This document shows, piece by piece, positions 8,815 through 18,762 of a stretch of 64,000 nucleotides of DNA. Where the stretch lies: the NCBI GenBank assembly GCA_017442315.1, contig JAFRZX010000092.1, forward strand, positions 3,276 through 67,275. Direction: 5' to 3'. Within the stretch, counting starts at the first letter, position 1, and each line of letters opens with the position of its first letter. A program made the translations under genes and the position numbers. The stretch is from Bacteroidales bacterium. Its GTDB lineage: Bacteria > Bacteroidota > Bacteroidia > Bacteroidales > UBA932. The notes under the pieces were generated by a model that was not told the DNA's origin, searched no databases, and worked only from the letters and a program-made list of their open reading frames with translations.

Positions 8815-9872
8815 GAGGGAGAATTCCAAATATGTTCATTCTGATAATACTGGCGTTGCTAGTCTCCATTTCATGTGAGCATAGGGAACTGCTGGATCCG
8901 CAAGGTATGCATTATATAAGGATTTACCTTGATGAAGATATAAGGAATGTCACATACGGCTTTTATAATCCGGATCTGGAAAGACCGGAATACAAGTCTC
9001 CACAGGTCTTCCGTGCTGTATTGGCATCACCTGAAACAGGTAGAATCGTCAGTGAAAAATATTTAAGCAATAGTGGAGAAGACGAGAGAGGTCGTTATAT
9101 AGACGGATACATGCCGGCTATGGCAGGAACTTATGATTTTCTTGCCTACCAGATGGGTTCGGTAGTCACCCTCGTTGAAAATGCGGACAACTACAATACT
9201 ATGAGAGCATATACGAAGCAGATAAGCAGCCGTCTTATGGAATATCTGCCTGCTACCCGCCAGAATATTGATGAAGGCCGCATTGTGAATCAGCCGGATC
9301 TGTTCTTTCATAGTGCGCATAGGGGAATAAAGGTCAGGAACAATACGTATATTGATACTCTCCTTACAGCTGAAGGCGATTATTTCACAGCACACAGCAT
9401 GGTGCAAAGTTACTATATACAGGTACGTGTGAGTGGTTTTGAATATATACGAAGTGCTGTCTCGCTTCTTGGTGGTCTGGCAGGTTCTTCAAAGATAAGC
9501 GGACATGGGGAATTTGAAATGTCGGATTCCGTATATGTTTTTTTCGGTATGAAATATACGGGAAAGGAAAGGCATGCGGCAAGCGAAACCACAACTGCGA
9601 CCTTATACGCAACCTTCAATACTTTTGGAAAGCTTCCGGATGCGAAGAATGTATATGCGATATGTTTTGAATTCTCGCTAAGTGATGGTTCAACTCAGAT
9701 GGAAAGGATAGATATAACCGATATGTTTGATACACCGATAGTGAGGGATAAACAATGGATATTGTTGGAAGATGAAATACTGATCAAGCCTCCGGAAGGG
9801 GCTGATAAAGGCGGTGGACTTAATCCAGGTGTAGATGATTGGGAAGACGTACAAGCAGAAATAACAATGTAA
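8811..9872 (+). CDS. DUF5119/Mfa2-like lipoprotein (probable pilus anchor)
   Basis: Lipobox SISC followed by EHREL, C-terminal GGGLNPGVDDWEDVQAEITM, ATGA coupling to the upstream gene, no TKA processing site. Confidence 0.7.
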   Translation: MRGRIPNMFILIILALLVSISCEHRELLDPQGMHYIRIYLDEDIRNVTYGFYNPDLERPEYKSPQVFRAVLASPETGRIVSEKYLSNSGEDERGRYIDGYMPAMAGTYDFLAYQMGSVVTLVENADNYNTMRAYTKQISSRLMEYLPATRQNIDEGRIVNQPDLFFHSAHRGIKVRNNTYIDTLLTAEGDYFTAHSMVQSYYIQVRVSGFEYIRSAVSLLGGLAGSSKISGHGEFEMSDSVYVFFGMKYTGKERHAASETTTATLYATFNTFGKLPDAKNVYAICFEFSLSDGSTQMERIDITDMFDTPIVRDKQWILLEDEILIKPPEGADKGGGLNPGVDDWEDVQAEITM

Positions 9873-9918
9873 TAATATCTTAATGTTTAATGTTTAACTT
9901 AACAACTTGATTTCTATT

Positions 9919-11139
9919 ATGAAAAGAATGTTTTTTTTGACTGTCTTTGCAGTAATGGCATTGGCAGGTTGTGTCAAGAATGAAGTGCAAAGTATTGACG
10001 ATCAGAAAAATGGTGTAAAGATTGCGTTTGAATCTCCTTTTCTGTATGACAATATGACAAAAGGAGAAGTACATGGCGAGATTTCAACAACACTTTATCC
10101 TCAGGAAGAGAAGTTCATAATATTCGCTTCTCAGCATGACGGTGATTTCGCCGGATGGCCGTCAAACAAGGTTAGTACACCTAATTCTACAGAAAACGGT
10201 ATATGTGATTTCCATGGAACTGAAATAGAATACGATTCTTCCTTTGATGCATGGATCCCTACTTATGATGATAATGGAAGCACCGGATATTACTATTGGC
10301 CGATGGGAAAGAAACTTTCGTTTGCTGCTATGTCTCCTTCGGATCTTCATAACAGTGCTGTAGTTACCTATGATAATACAGGATTGAAGATCGATGGTTT
10401 TGAAAATCCTGATGCGGGAGAACAGTTCGATCTGTTGTTTGCAAGACGTACTATGAATCACACAGCTTCGGACATGACGAATCATGCAGGTGAATACAGT
10501 GGTATCCCAATATCATTCCAGCATGCATTGAGTTCTATCCACTTCTCTATAGACAAGGAAACACTTGAACAGGAGGTGTTCTTGAAAAAGATTCAGCTGA
10601 CGAATGTCAAGTATCTGGGTGATTTTGCAGAGAATATTGATGAGAGCAAAGGACTTGAGTATATTATTGATCAGGATGCAGACAATACTGTGAATCCAGT
10701 ATGGACTGTCGAGGATCCTATGACTGATTATGTTCCGTTTGATGCAAAGTCCTATGGCTCGATACCGTTCCCTGTGAATCCACAATATGTGTCTTCAATC
10801 GTGAATAATCTTGAAACAGACGGCGAAGACCTCCAGGATCTGTTCTCATCTTCTTTGCTCATAGTACCACAGGAGATAGATGACAATGCAACTCTTATCA
10901 TAGATTATGAAATAAGTGGTGTGTCTCAGCAGAAAGTATATCCTCTGAAAGGTTTGGCTACCATAACCGAGGGTGGTATTCCTAGTGGAAAGACTGGTAC
11001 TGTGGTAAGTTGGGACAGAGGTCATAAGTACACATATAGGATACATTACTCTTCTGCATCAGAGATGAAGGATATCATTTACTTCTCTCCATCAGTTGAA
11101 GGATGGACCGACGTTCAGGTAATACAGATTACTTTATAG
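9919..11139 (+). CDS. Fimbrillin (Mfa-like type V pilin), probable major subunit
   Basis: Lipobox LAGC, MTKG processing site, YYWP...LSFAA, FQHALSSI, and C-terminal strand IYFSPSVEGWTDVQVIQITL. Confidence 0.75.
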   Translation: MKRMFFLTVFAVMALAGCVKNEVQSIDDQKNGVKIAFESPFLYDNMTKGEVHGEISTTLYPQEEKFIIFASQHDGDFAGWPSNKVSTPNSTENGICDFHGTEIEYDSSFDAWIPTYDDNGSTGYYYWPMGKKLSFAAMSPSDLHNSAVVTYDNTGLKIDGFENPDAGEQFDLLFARRTMNHTASDMTNHAGEYSGIPISFQHALSSIHFSIDKETLEQEVFLKKIQLTNVKYLGDFAENIDESKGLEYIIDQDADNTVNPVWTVEDPMTDYVPFDAKSYGSIPFPVNPQYVSSIVNNLETDGEDLQDLFSSSLLIVPQEIDDNATLIIDYEISGVSQQKVYPLKGLATITEGGIPSGKTGTVVSWDRGHKYTYRIHYSSASEMKDIIYFSPSVEGWTDVQVIQITL

Positions 11140-11158
11140 CAATTCTAGAAATCATTTT

Positions 11159-12247
11159 ATGTATTTAATCCTATTGTTATCTTTAGTCTTTTTGCTTTCC
11201 TCCTGCACGAAAACAGATGAACCTGAGATCCGGCAGGAGAATGCAGAAGGATTCCCTATTGCATGGGAAATAGTGACAATGGATGAATATCAAGGAGTTC
11301 CATATGGTACAAAGGCATTGATAGAAGATTATAATGATCTTAGAGATGCCTGTACCATATTGGAGACTCATGATGCAGAGAAAATCGGCCTCTTCGGTTC
11401 ATACACATCAGGTGGAAACAATACGGTAGTCTTTGATGATGTTGATCTGTGGTGGTGGGACAAGGAAAACGGAAATCCGTATCCTGATGCTATAGGTGAC
11501 CGCAGCCAATGGAACTACGAAGGAGAAGATGTATACTGGGAAACGGAAGCTGACTATGTATTCAAGGCATATTTTCCAAAGAGCCTTGTAAATCTGCAAC
11601 CGGGATCAGGCAGCAACAGAATACTGACCGTATATGATTCTCAGGTATCTCAATATGATTTTCTCGTGGCTCATAAGGAAATGACAGCCGGAAGTGAAAA
11701 TCCTGTAAGATTGCTGTTCAGACATGCTTTGGCTGCAATCAAGTTTAATTTTCAGTTTATAAATGAGGGAGTCACTGACCGACTTACGGCCTGCTGGCTG
11801 GAAAATGTACAGCCGAATGGATTATATACAAGCAGTACCCTGAATTTTGAGGATTCCATAATATGGCCGAAAAGTACAGCCAACCCAGTAGGTGTCCCGA
11901 TGTATTATTGGAAACCTGTTGCCCCTCTTCAAATGACAAGTGCCGGTATTGCGACAGCTTATAGCACTCCTGCTTCATCTGCTGATGGAAACATCTATAC
12001 ACAAAATGACGGATGGCTGCTGGTTATCCCTCAGCCGACATCAGGACCTGAAACCCTTCAACTATGCTTCAGGACTGTAACCGGTGCAGATGTAGTATAT
12101 AGAACAGGACTTCCTGCACTTGAACTTCAACCAGGCAAAAGATATACTTATCTTGTCAAGGTCTCATCTACAAGGATTGAACTCCATCTGACGATAGCAG
12201 ACTGGAATGAAAGGGATTCGTCTTATGAAATAGACTTCAATAAATAA
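11159..12247 (+). CDS. Fimbrillin-family lipoprotein (minor pilin)
   Basis: Lipobox LSSC, GTKA, YW..YVFKAYFP, FRHALAAI, PGKRYTY, C-terminal IADWN..EIDF. Confidence 0.75.
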   Translation: MYLILLLSLVFLLSSCTKTDEPEIRQENAEGFPIAWEIVTMDEYQGVPYGTKALIEDYNDLRDACTILETHDAEKIGLFGSYTSGGNNTVVFDDVDLWWWDKENGNPYPDAIGDRSQWNYEGEDVYWETEADYVFKAYFPKSLVNLQPGSGSNRILTVYDSQVSQYDFLVAHKEMTAGSENPVRLLFRHALAAIKFNFQFINEGVTDRLTACWLENVQPNGLYTSSTLNFEDSIIWPKSTANPVGVPMYYWKPVAPLQMTSAGIATAYSTPASSADGNIYTQNDGWLLVIPQPTSGPETLQLCFRTVTGADVVYRTGLPALELQPGKRYTYLVKVSSTRIELHLTIADWNERDSSYEIDFNK

Positions 12248-12256
12248 TACGCCATT

Positions 12257-13885
12257 ATGTTTTCCATAAGAGACATCAGCCGTTCTTTCTTTACATTCAC
12301 CATTTTGATTGTTCTTCTGATATGCTGCAGTAAGAACGAGGTGGATGTGTGCAATCATGAAGAAGGTTCAGCAAAATTGTCTCTTGTGCTTAAGGTTCCG
12401 GTAATAGATGTAGATGTCAAAAGTGTAAGTTCTGATCCTTCCGATCCATCATCTTGGACTATGTGGGAAAAAGCTGTTGACGGACGCTATCTTTATAGGG
12501 TAACTGCATTTCTTCTGCAGGATGACCGTCTTGTAAGTTCTGCAGACGTGATGCTGACTGGAGAAGTTTCAGAGACTGTTCTGGAATTTGATGGAAACTT
12601 CACACATGGAAGATACAGGCTTATGGCAGTTGCCAATTATTCCGGACATCAGGCAGATGATGGGGATAACGGTGTGCAGAACTATGAAGGTCTGCCGGGC
12701 TTCACAGATACTGTGGAATCGATTCTTGAACAGACAACAGTTGATGACTTTACATCCGCATATGCAGATTCTTTCATTAATTATGAATTGACTTCTTCTG
12801 GTGGTATATGTGCGAGGGTTCCGCAACCTTTGACAATGGCGAAGGATATAGAACTTCATCCCGGTATTAATACTGTAGAAGGAGAACTGATACGCACATA
12901 TTCCAGAATCCGTATTGCAGTTGAAAATCAGAGTGATGAAGACCTTATGATATCTTCCCTGTCCTTCAGTAATGTGTTTGCACAGAAACGGGCATATCTT
13001 TTCCCTGAAAACGGATATATCGATGACAGGACATCCCTCGATGTGGATGAGGCCAGTGCGATTACACCATTTACTGCGACAGCAGAGGAGCCTCTTACAA
13101 TAACAGGAAAGCAGACAGCTGTAATTTTCGATGCATATATATTGGAAAGCTGCATTAATTCGATAAATGAATCATACAGCTATACATTGAGTCTTGGATA
13201 TGATGGGACCAGAGGATATAAACTCAGAAGTACAGCAGCAGTAAACAGACGTAATTCCGTTTCAGATGGATATTATCTGATATATAACACTACCAGCAGA
13301 TGCTATCTTACTGCAGGTGTCAATTCCGTACAGACAGGAGTCTTGCCTACATTGACAGAGGATATGGCAATTCCGGAGGAATATGTCTGGACTTTCGATA
13401 ACAGCGGATTATCTTCATATTGCTATTACATAGGCACATCCGAAGCTATGACAAGCGGGCAGACATCATATTATATGAATAATCCATCGACAGCTTCCGT
13501 AGGACTTGGTTCAAACAGAAGTGTGTATTTCACGGTAGGGGAGTCTTCTTCTGTAGGACAATATTATCTGAACTTACGCTCCTCTGGAACCAGCAGAAGA
13601 TACCTGACGGTTTCAAATGACAATGTTGCAGGAAGAACCAGTACCAATAACTCCACAAGATTCCGTCTGTATCCTGTGAATGCGCCTTCCGCTGCATCTT
13701 CTCTCTTTACTGTTCCTCTTGAAACAATAGACCGGACGACAGGACAAGCTACGGAGACGTCTGAAATCCGGCGCAATGACTTCATAAATGCAATAGTGCT
13801 GGTCCGATACAATAAGAATGAGGGACACTTTGTCTTTGAGGTAAAGGATTGGGAGTCTGCAGGAGGGGATGTTGAATTTAACTGA
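12257..13885 (+). CDS. Pilin-like lipoprotein with inserted beta-trefoil-like domain
   Basis: Hydrophobic signal ending LICC, G.YRLMAVAN, LIRTYSRI, IRRNDFI, C-terminal FEVKDWESAGGDVEFN. Confidence 0.65.
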   Translation: MFSIRDISRSFFTFTILIVLLICCSKNEVDVCNHEEGSAKLSLVLKVPVIDVDVKSVSSDPSDPSSWTMWEKAVDGRYLYRVTAFLLQDDRLVSSADVMLTGEVSETVLEFDGNFTHGRYRLMAVANYSGHQADDGDNGVQNYEGLPGFTDTVESILEQTTVDDFTSAYADSFINYELTSSGGICARVPQPLTMAKDIELHPGINTVEGELIRTYSRIRIAVENQSDEDLMISSLSFSNVFAQKRAYLFPENGYIDDRTSLDVDEASAITPFTATAEEPLTITGKQTAVIFDAYILESCINSINESYSYTLSLGYDGTRGYKLRSTAAVNRRNSVSDGYYLIYNTTSRCYLTAGVNSVQTGVLPTLTEDMAIPEEYVWTFDNSGLSSYCYYIGTSEAMTSGQTSYYMNNPSTASVGLGSNRSVYFTVGESSSVGQYYLNLRSSGTSRRYLTVSNDNVAGRTSTNNSTRFRLYPVNAPSAASSLFTVPLETIDRTTGQATETSEIRRNDFINAIVLVRYNKNEGHFVFEVKDWESAGGDVEFN

Positions 13886-13894
13886 TGGACAGAT

Positions 13895-16800
13895 ATGGTC
13901 AAATTTATAAGATACATAATTTTGCTCGTGGCTTCTTTCTCCTTTTTAATGTGTGCTCCAGAAGAAATATTGGAAATGTCACAGATTGGAGAAGAAACCT
14001 GTGTCAGTTTTGATTTCACACATCTCTGCTTTGATGATGTGGAAATAAGCACGAAGGCATCATTGGATATCCGACAGGAGTCAAGGGTTGTCAATATGTT
14101 CGTATATATATTTGCAGCAGACGGCCAGCGCATATATTCCCATTACTTTGATAGGAACAACAGGACTGAGACCCTTGACGAGACTATATCTGCAGATGCT
14201 AACTGCTGGTATATCAACACGACAGAGGCAGGAAAGACTACGGGAACGATAAGAATAAAGTCTCCTCAGATAACCGGTGCCACTTTATATCTGGTAGCCA
14301 ATCTTGATGAAGACATGATGAATGTGTCTTCGGAACGTCTCAATACAGTCCGTACTATAGGTGAGCTGGAATCTCTTTCAGTCACCTTGCTTCAGCATAC
14401 CACATCAAGAAACGGATATTTTCCGATGGTCTCGAAAGTAACAGGTGTTACTGTCGGACAGACTTCGATTTCCGTTGGAACTGCGTATCTTGAAAGATTA
14501 GATTCCAAGATTACCGTAAATATTGAACTTGCAGACAATGCAGAACTAAAGGCTTTTATTCCTGATGTGTGCAGAATAGTCAATATACCTGCAGGATGCA
14601 GGGTGACCGATTCCTCGGCATCAGATTATGAAGGTGACGGATATTTTGATTCGGAAATCATATTTGATGAACAGACGACAAATGCACAGGGACATATTTC
14701 AAGCGCCACGTGTTCATTCTATATGCTGGAAAACAAGGAAAGTGCAAACAGAAAGAATGACGTGACAATGTATCATGACAGGGATCGTCGCATGAAGAAT
14801 GAAGATGGCAGTTATAGTGATGCTCAGGATCTTTGGCTGAATGCTCCTGAAAATGCCACTTATATTGAAATACGTGGCGAACTTCAGATGGAGATCAATA
14901 GCTCTCTGACTGGAATGCAGGAACTGATTGGAGATGTTGTCTATTATGTGCATCTGGGAGATTTCCGAAGAGATCTTAATGATTATGACGTACGACGAAA
15001 TACGCATTATACATATAATATAACCATTAACGGGGTTGATGATATCAGAGTGGAAGTGGAAACAGGAGTGGAGAATCAGTCTGGAGCTACAGGCCATATA
15101 TACTCTGCTACAGAGACTCACTATACCTTTGATGCTCATTATGGCCAGAGAGTATTTACCTTCAGAGCAGAGGAAGTGGATATTGAAAATATGACATTCT
15201 ATGTCAAGACTCCTTTCGGACGCGAAGGTACACCTGAACTCCCAGGTGGTGGATATAATGTAAGTGATCTGGATTTCAAGTGGGTCAGTTTTCTCATCAA
15301 TGAACTCGATACGACAACCGGTGCATATTCATTGAATAACCGTACATACCCTGGCGATAATAATGAGATGCTTATAGCTCAGAATCGTCATGAAAGACTG
15401 ATGGACGTAGTAGAGCTGCTTGAATATATAAGAGTGGAGAAGGAAAAGTATCTGAAATATAAACAAGGCGGCTTTGTCGGCGAAAATCCAAGCTGCTTCC
15501 TTAAAGATCCCGATGGAGTGTATTGTCTGCATGTTACGGCATTCGTAAATGAATATTATTATGATGAGCATCCTACAGAAAGTACTGAGATATCCTGGAA
15601 GGATTTTGTAAATAAACCGAACAGATTGATGCATATCCTATGCAGTACCAAGACAAGCAATGATGGTGCAAGTTCGGTTACTGGCAGTATAATCACCATT
15701 CGTCAACGTTCTATACAGACGCCTTATAATATCAATAAATCAGAACTGCAGTCTGCATTCGGTTGTGAAATGGCAGATGAAACGCGTGAAGATAATCTGA
15801 GTTTCTATGAAAACGATGCCAACTACCAGAATGTGGATTTTGGAAACAGTTCTGTGGATAACGGCTTGTTTAATACGGCTTGTCTGTGGAATATGTTCCG
15901 TTCTGGGCAGATTAAGACTGGAAATGATCGTGAGAGGTGGGATACGTATCTGAATTATAATGTTCCGAACAGGGAAAATGACAGATCCAATCATTTTTTG
16001 AAAGATGACTATCGTTGTATGCGTTATGCACCAATGTCAAGAAATCGTGACAATAACGGCGATGGATACATCGATCCAGAGGAACTGAAGTGGTATATAG
16101 CTCCGCTTAAGCAGTTATATGCATTGTATATCGGCGATTTGGGGATTAACAGTGATGCTCAGCTTTATCCGTCAGCAATGGCATCATTGCCAAATACCCA
16201 GATAAACGGTCTGTGGCAGTGGCGCAACCATATAGTATGCAGCAATCAGACAACAATTACCAATACGGGACAATATATCAGCAGATACTGGCCGGATATG
16301 CTATGGGCAGAGGAAGGCGTATCTATTTCAGGGTACGGACAGGAGTGGGAAAAAAAAGCGCCCAAAAGTATCAGATGTGTGAGAAATCTTGGTCTTCCGG
16401 ATGCTTCGCTGTCTTCTGTTGCTGATCTTAACGCAAACATACCGGAATCCATGATATTGGTGGAAAGTTTTGAATCAGGGATATATCGGTTTGATTTGTC
16501 CAATACAAATGCCAAATCCATAAGGTTTTATACTACTCATGAATTGATTCCGAATGATGAATATGGGGAAAGCAGCCGCACCTATTATGGATTTGAAACC
16601 GATGATGAGTTCATTTCATATACGGCGGGTTATGAAAGCCTTAGAAATCAGTTGGAGAAAGGTGAGTCATTATGCCCTGAGGGATATAGGGTGCCGAATG
16701 TAAGAGAAGCAGCATTGATGTCATTGTTCTGCTCAAACAGCTGGTGGAATGGAAAGACAATCTTATCAAGTTCTTATTATTCGCATGGGATCTACGGTAC

Positions 16801-16903
16801 GAACTATGATACAGGGACAGTGACGTGGTTTTTTCAGAGTAATTATGTTACCGTATCCTCCAGTGCCGAGAGCCTTAGATGTGTAAGGGATGTCTATATG
16901 TAA
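13895..16903 (+). CDS. Large tip-pilin/adhesin lipoprotein (DUF4906-like, C-terminal CLec-type modules)
   Basis: Lipoprotein signal, STKA, LYLVAN, FYMLEN, NATYIEI, VRRNTHYTYNITI, FDAHY. C-terminal CPEGYRVPN...LRCVRD. Confidence 0.7.
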   Translation: MVKFIRYIILLVASFSFLMCAPEEILEMSQIGEETCVSFDFTHLCFDDVEISTKASLDIRQESRVVNMFVYIFAADGQRIYSHYFDRNNRTETLDETISADANCWYINTTEAGKTTGTIRIKSPQITGATLYLVANLDEDMMNVSSERLNTVRTIGELESLSVTLLQHTTSRNGYFPMVSKVTGVTVGQTSISVGTAYLERLDSKITVNIELADNAELKAFIPDVCRIVNIPAGCRVTDSSASDYEGDGYFDSEIIFDEQTTNAQGHISSATCSFYMLENKESANRKNDVTMYHDRDRRMKNEDGSYSDAQDLWLNAPENATYIEIRGELQMEINSSLTGMQELIGDVVYYVHLGDFRRDLNDYDVRRNTHYTYNITINGVDDIRVEVETGVENQSGATGHIYSATETHYTFDAHYGQRVFTFRAEEVDIENMTFYVKTPFGREGTPELPGGGYNVSDLDFKWVSFLINELDTTTGAYSLNNRTYPGDNNEMLIAQNRHERLMDVVELLEYIRVEKEKYLKYKQGGFVGENPSCFLKDPDGVYCLHVTAFVNEYYYDEHPTESTEISWKDFVNKPNRLMHILCSTKTSNDGASSVTGSIITIRQRSIQTPYNINKSELQSAFGCEMADETREDNLSFYENDANYQNVDFGNSSVDNGLFNTACLWNMFRSGQIKTGNDRERWDTYLNYNVPNRENDRSNHFLKDDYRCMRYAPMSRNRDNNGDGYIDPEELKWYIAPLKQLYALYIGDLGINSDAQLYPSAMASLPNTQINGLWQWRNHIVCSNQTTITNTGQYISRYWPDMLWAEEGVSISGYGQEWEKKAPKSIRCVRNLGLPDASLSSVADLNANIPESMILVESFESGIYRFDLSNTNAKSIRFYTTHELIPNDEYGESSRTYYGFETDDEFISYTAGYESLRNQLEKGESLCPEGYRVPNVREAALMSLFCSNSWWNGKTILSSSYYSHGIYGTNYDTGTVTWFFQSNYVTVSSSAESLRCVRDVYM

Positions 16904-16930
16904 TGATTCACCTGTCTCATCGTGTTGCTA

Positions 16931-16972
16931 TAAAAGAAAAAGGGAGACTCAGTACGGATACTGATGCCTCCC
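16931..16972 (-). terminator. Intrinsic terminator of the acyl-CoA synthetase gene
   Basis: Minus strand GGGAGGCATCAGTA-TCCG-TACTGAGTCTCCC followed by TTTTTCTTTT. Confidence 0.75.
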
Positions 16973-17003
16973 GACAGGTTTAAGAATAGTACGTCGCTTT
17001 CCG

Positions 17004-18638
17004 CTATTTGTACATAAATCTCTTGATGCTCATTTTTGGAGTCTTTTCAAACGGCTGAGTCATCACCTCTACTTTGGATATCTTGCTATATGCAGGCATG
17101 GATTTATTGACCTCTGTCTTGAGGAATTCGGTATGCCTGTCTATATCCACGCCTTCTTCCTTCATCTTTTCAGTATCCATATAGATCAGCGCCACTAGGC
17201 TGGCTCCCCGGTCAACGACCACTGATTCGATGACGTATGGCTGATTGTTTACGACGGCTTCTATCTCTTCTGGATAGATGTTCTGACCGTTTGCAGAAAG
17301 AATCATGTTCTTGCTGCGTCCTTTGATGAATATGTTTCCCTTTTTGTCCAATAGGCCAAGGTCTCCGGTACGCATCCATCCGTCTTCAGTGAATGCTGCT
17401 TTTGTCGCTTCCTCGTTCTTGTAATATCCACTCATCAAGCTGATGCCTCTTGCCTGGATTTCTCCGGCCTTGCTGTATGGATCATCTGAATCAATTCTAA
17501 CTTCAACGGAGTCGACTCCCTTTCCACATGATTTAGGAACAAATTCCCACCAGTCTTCATATGCAAGAAGCGGGGCAGCTTCAGTCATACCATAACCTAC
17601 AGTAAATGGGAGCTTGAATCTGCGGAACCATTTCTCCACATCAGGATTAAGTGCTGCGCCTCCCATCACGATTTCCCTTACCTGACCTCCGAAAGCATCC
17701 AGGAGGGATGTGCGTACTTTCTTGAAGATAATCTGGTTCAGACCAGGGATTGAGCATATTACCTTCATTATCGGCTTATTTACGATAGGAGCTACCTTGC
17801 TCTTGAAAATCTTCTCCATTACGAGAGGAACGGTAATGACAAGGTATGGTCTGATTTCCTTCATAGCTCCAAGAAGAAGGGCCGGTGTAGGTGTCTTTCC
17901 AAGATAGTATATAGATGAACCACCGCAAAGAGGGTAGATCAGCTCGAACATCATTCCATACATGTGTGCCATAGGCAGCATGGATACGATCTTGTCTTCC
18001 GGATATGATGTCAGCCTTTTCTGTCCGAATTCGACATTTGCCGAGATGCACTCGTATCTGAGCATAACTCCCTTAGGAGCACTTGTCGTACCAGAAGTAT
18101 AATTTATGATGGCGAGTTGCTTGTCATTGTCTATCGGATATTTTACATCATCTGCAGAGAACCCTTCAGGATATTTTTCGTCAAAAAGATTCTGAAGATT
18201 GTCAGATGCTGCCTGTATAGATTTTTCTGAAGCCCATAGAAGCGAAAAGTCGCTGGCTGATATTACAGCTTTTATAGACGGCATCTTCTTTATGTCGAGT
18301 TTGTTCCATATGTCGGTGTCAGTCAGAAGAACCTTACTCTCTGAATGATCGACCAAGGTATTGATGCTGTCCGGATGGAAATCTGCAAGAATAGGGACAA
18401 GAACTGCCTCATATGTGTTGGCAGCAAAGAATGTTATTCCCCAGCGGGCGGAATTCTTTGCACACAATGCAACCTTCTCACCTTTCTTTATTCCGATGGT
18501 TTCAAAGAACAAATGTAATTTCTCAATGTTTTCTGCAAATTCTCCGAATGTGAATGTCTCTCCGCGGTAGTTACCGAGGGCTGGACGCTCCCAGTTATTC
18601 TTAATAGCTTCTTCTAATCGTGTAAGATAATGCTTCAT
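17004..18638 (-). CDS. Long-chain fatty acyl-CoA synthetase (AMP-binding)
   Basis: YTSGTTSAPKGVML, GYGMTE, RTGDLG and GQNIYPEEIE motifs. Confidence 0.92.
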   Translation of the reverse strand: MKHYLTRLEEAIKNNWERPALGNYRGETFTFGEFAENIEKLHLFFETIGIKKGEKVALCAKNSARWGITFFAANTYEAVLVPILADFHPDSINTLVDHSESKVLLTDTDIWNKLDIKKMPSIKAVISASDFSLLWASEKSIQAASDNLQNLFDEKYPEGFSADDVKYPIDNDKQLAIINYTSGTTSAPKGVMLRYECISANVEFGQKRLTSYPEDKIVSMLPMAHMYGMMFELIYPLCGGSSIYYLGKTPTPALLLGAMKEIRPYLVITVPLVMEKIFKSKVAPIVNKPIMKVICSIPGLNQIIFKKVRTSLLDAFGGQVREIVMGGAALNPDVEKWFRRFKLPFTVGYGMTEAAPLLAYEDWWEFVPKSCGKGVDSVEVRIDSDDPYSKAGEIQARGISLMSGYYKNEEATKAAFTEDGWMRTGDLGLLDKKGNIFIKGRSKNMILSANGQNIYPEEIEAVVNNQPYVIESVVVDRGASLVALIYMDTEKMKEEGVDIDRHTEFLKTEVNKSMPAYSKISKVEVMTQPFEKTPKMSIKRFMYK

Positions 18639-18762
18639 CTCGTTAATCGTTTTAACAGGCTGCAAATGTAGAAAAATATGCTTGCATGCGCATATAATTC
18701 ATTATATTTGTGGCCAAACCATCCATATGGTGGTGATTTCCTTGAAAAAAACATGCAGTATT

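Noticed and set aside
16904-16980. DGR homing hairpin after the adhesin
   Set aside because: The hairpin is well explained as the minus-strand terminator of the acyl-CoA synthetase, given its G-U pair and U-tract.
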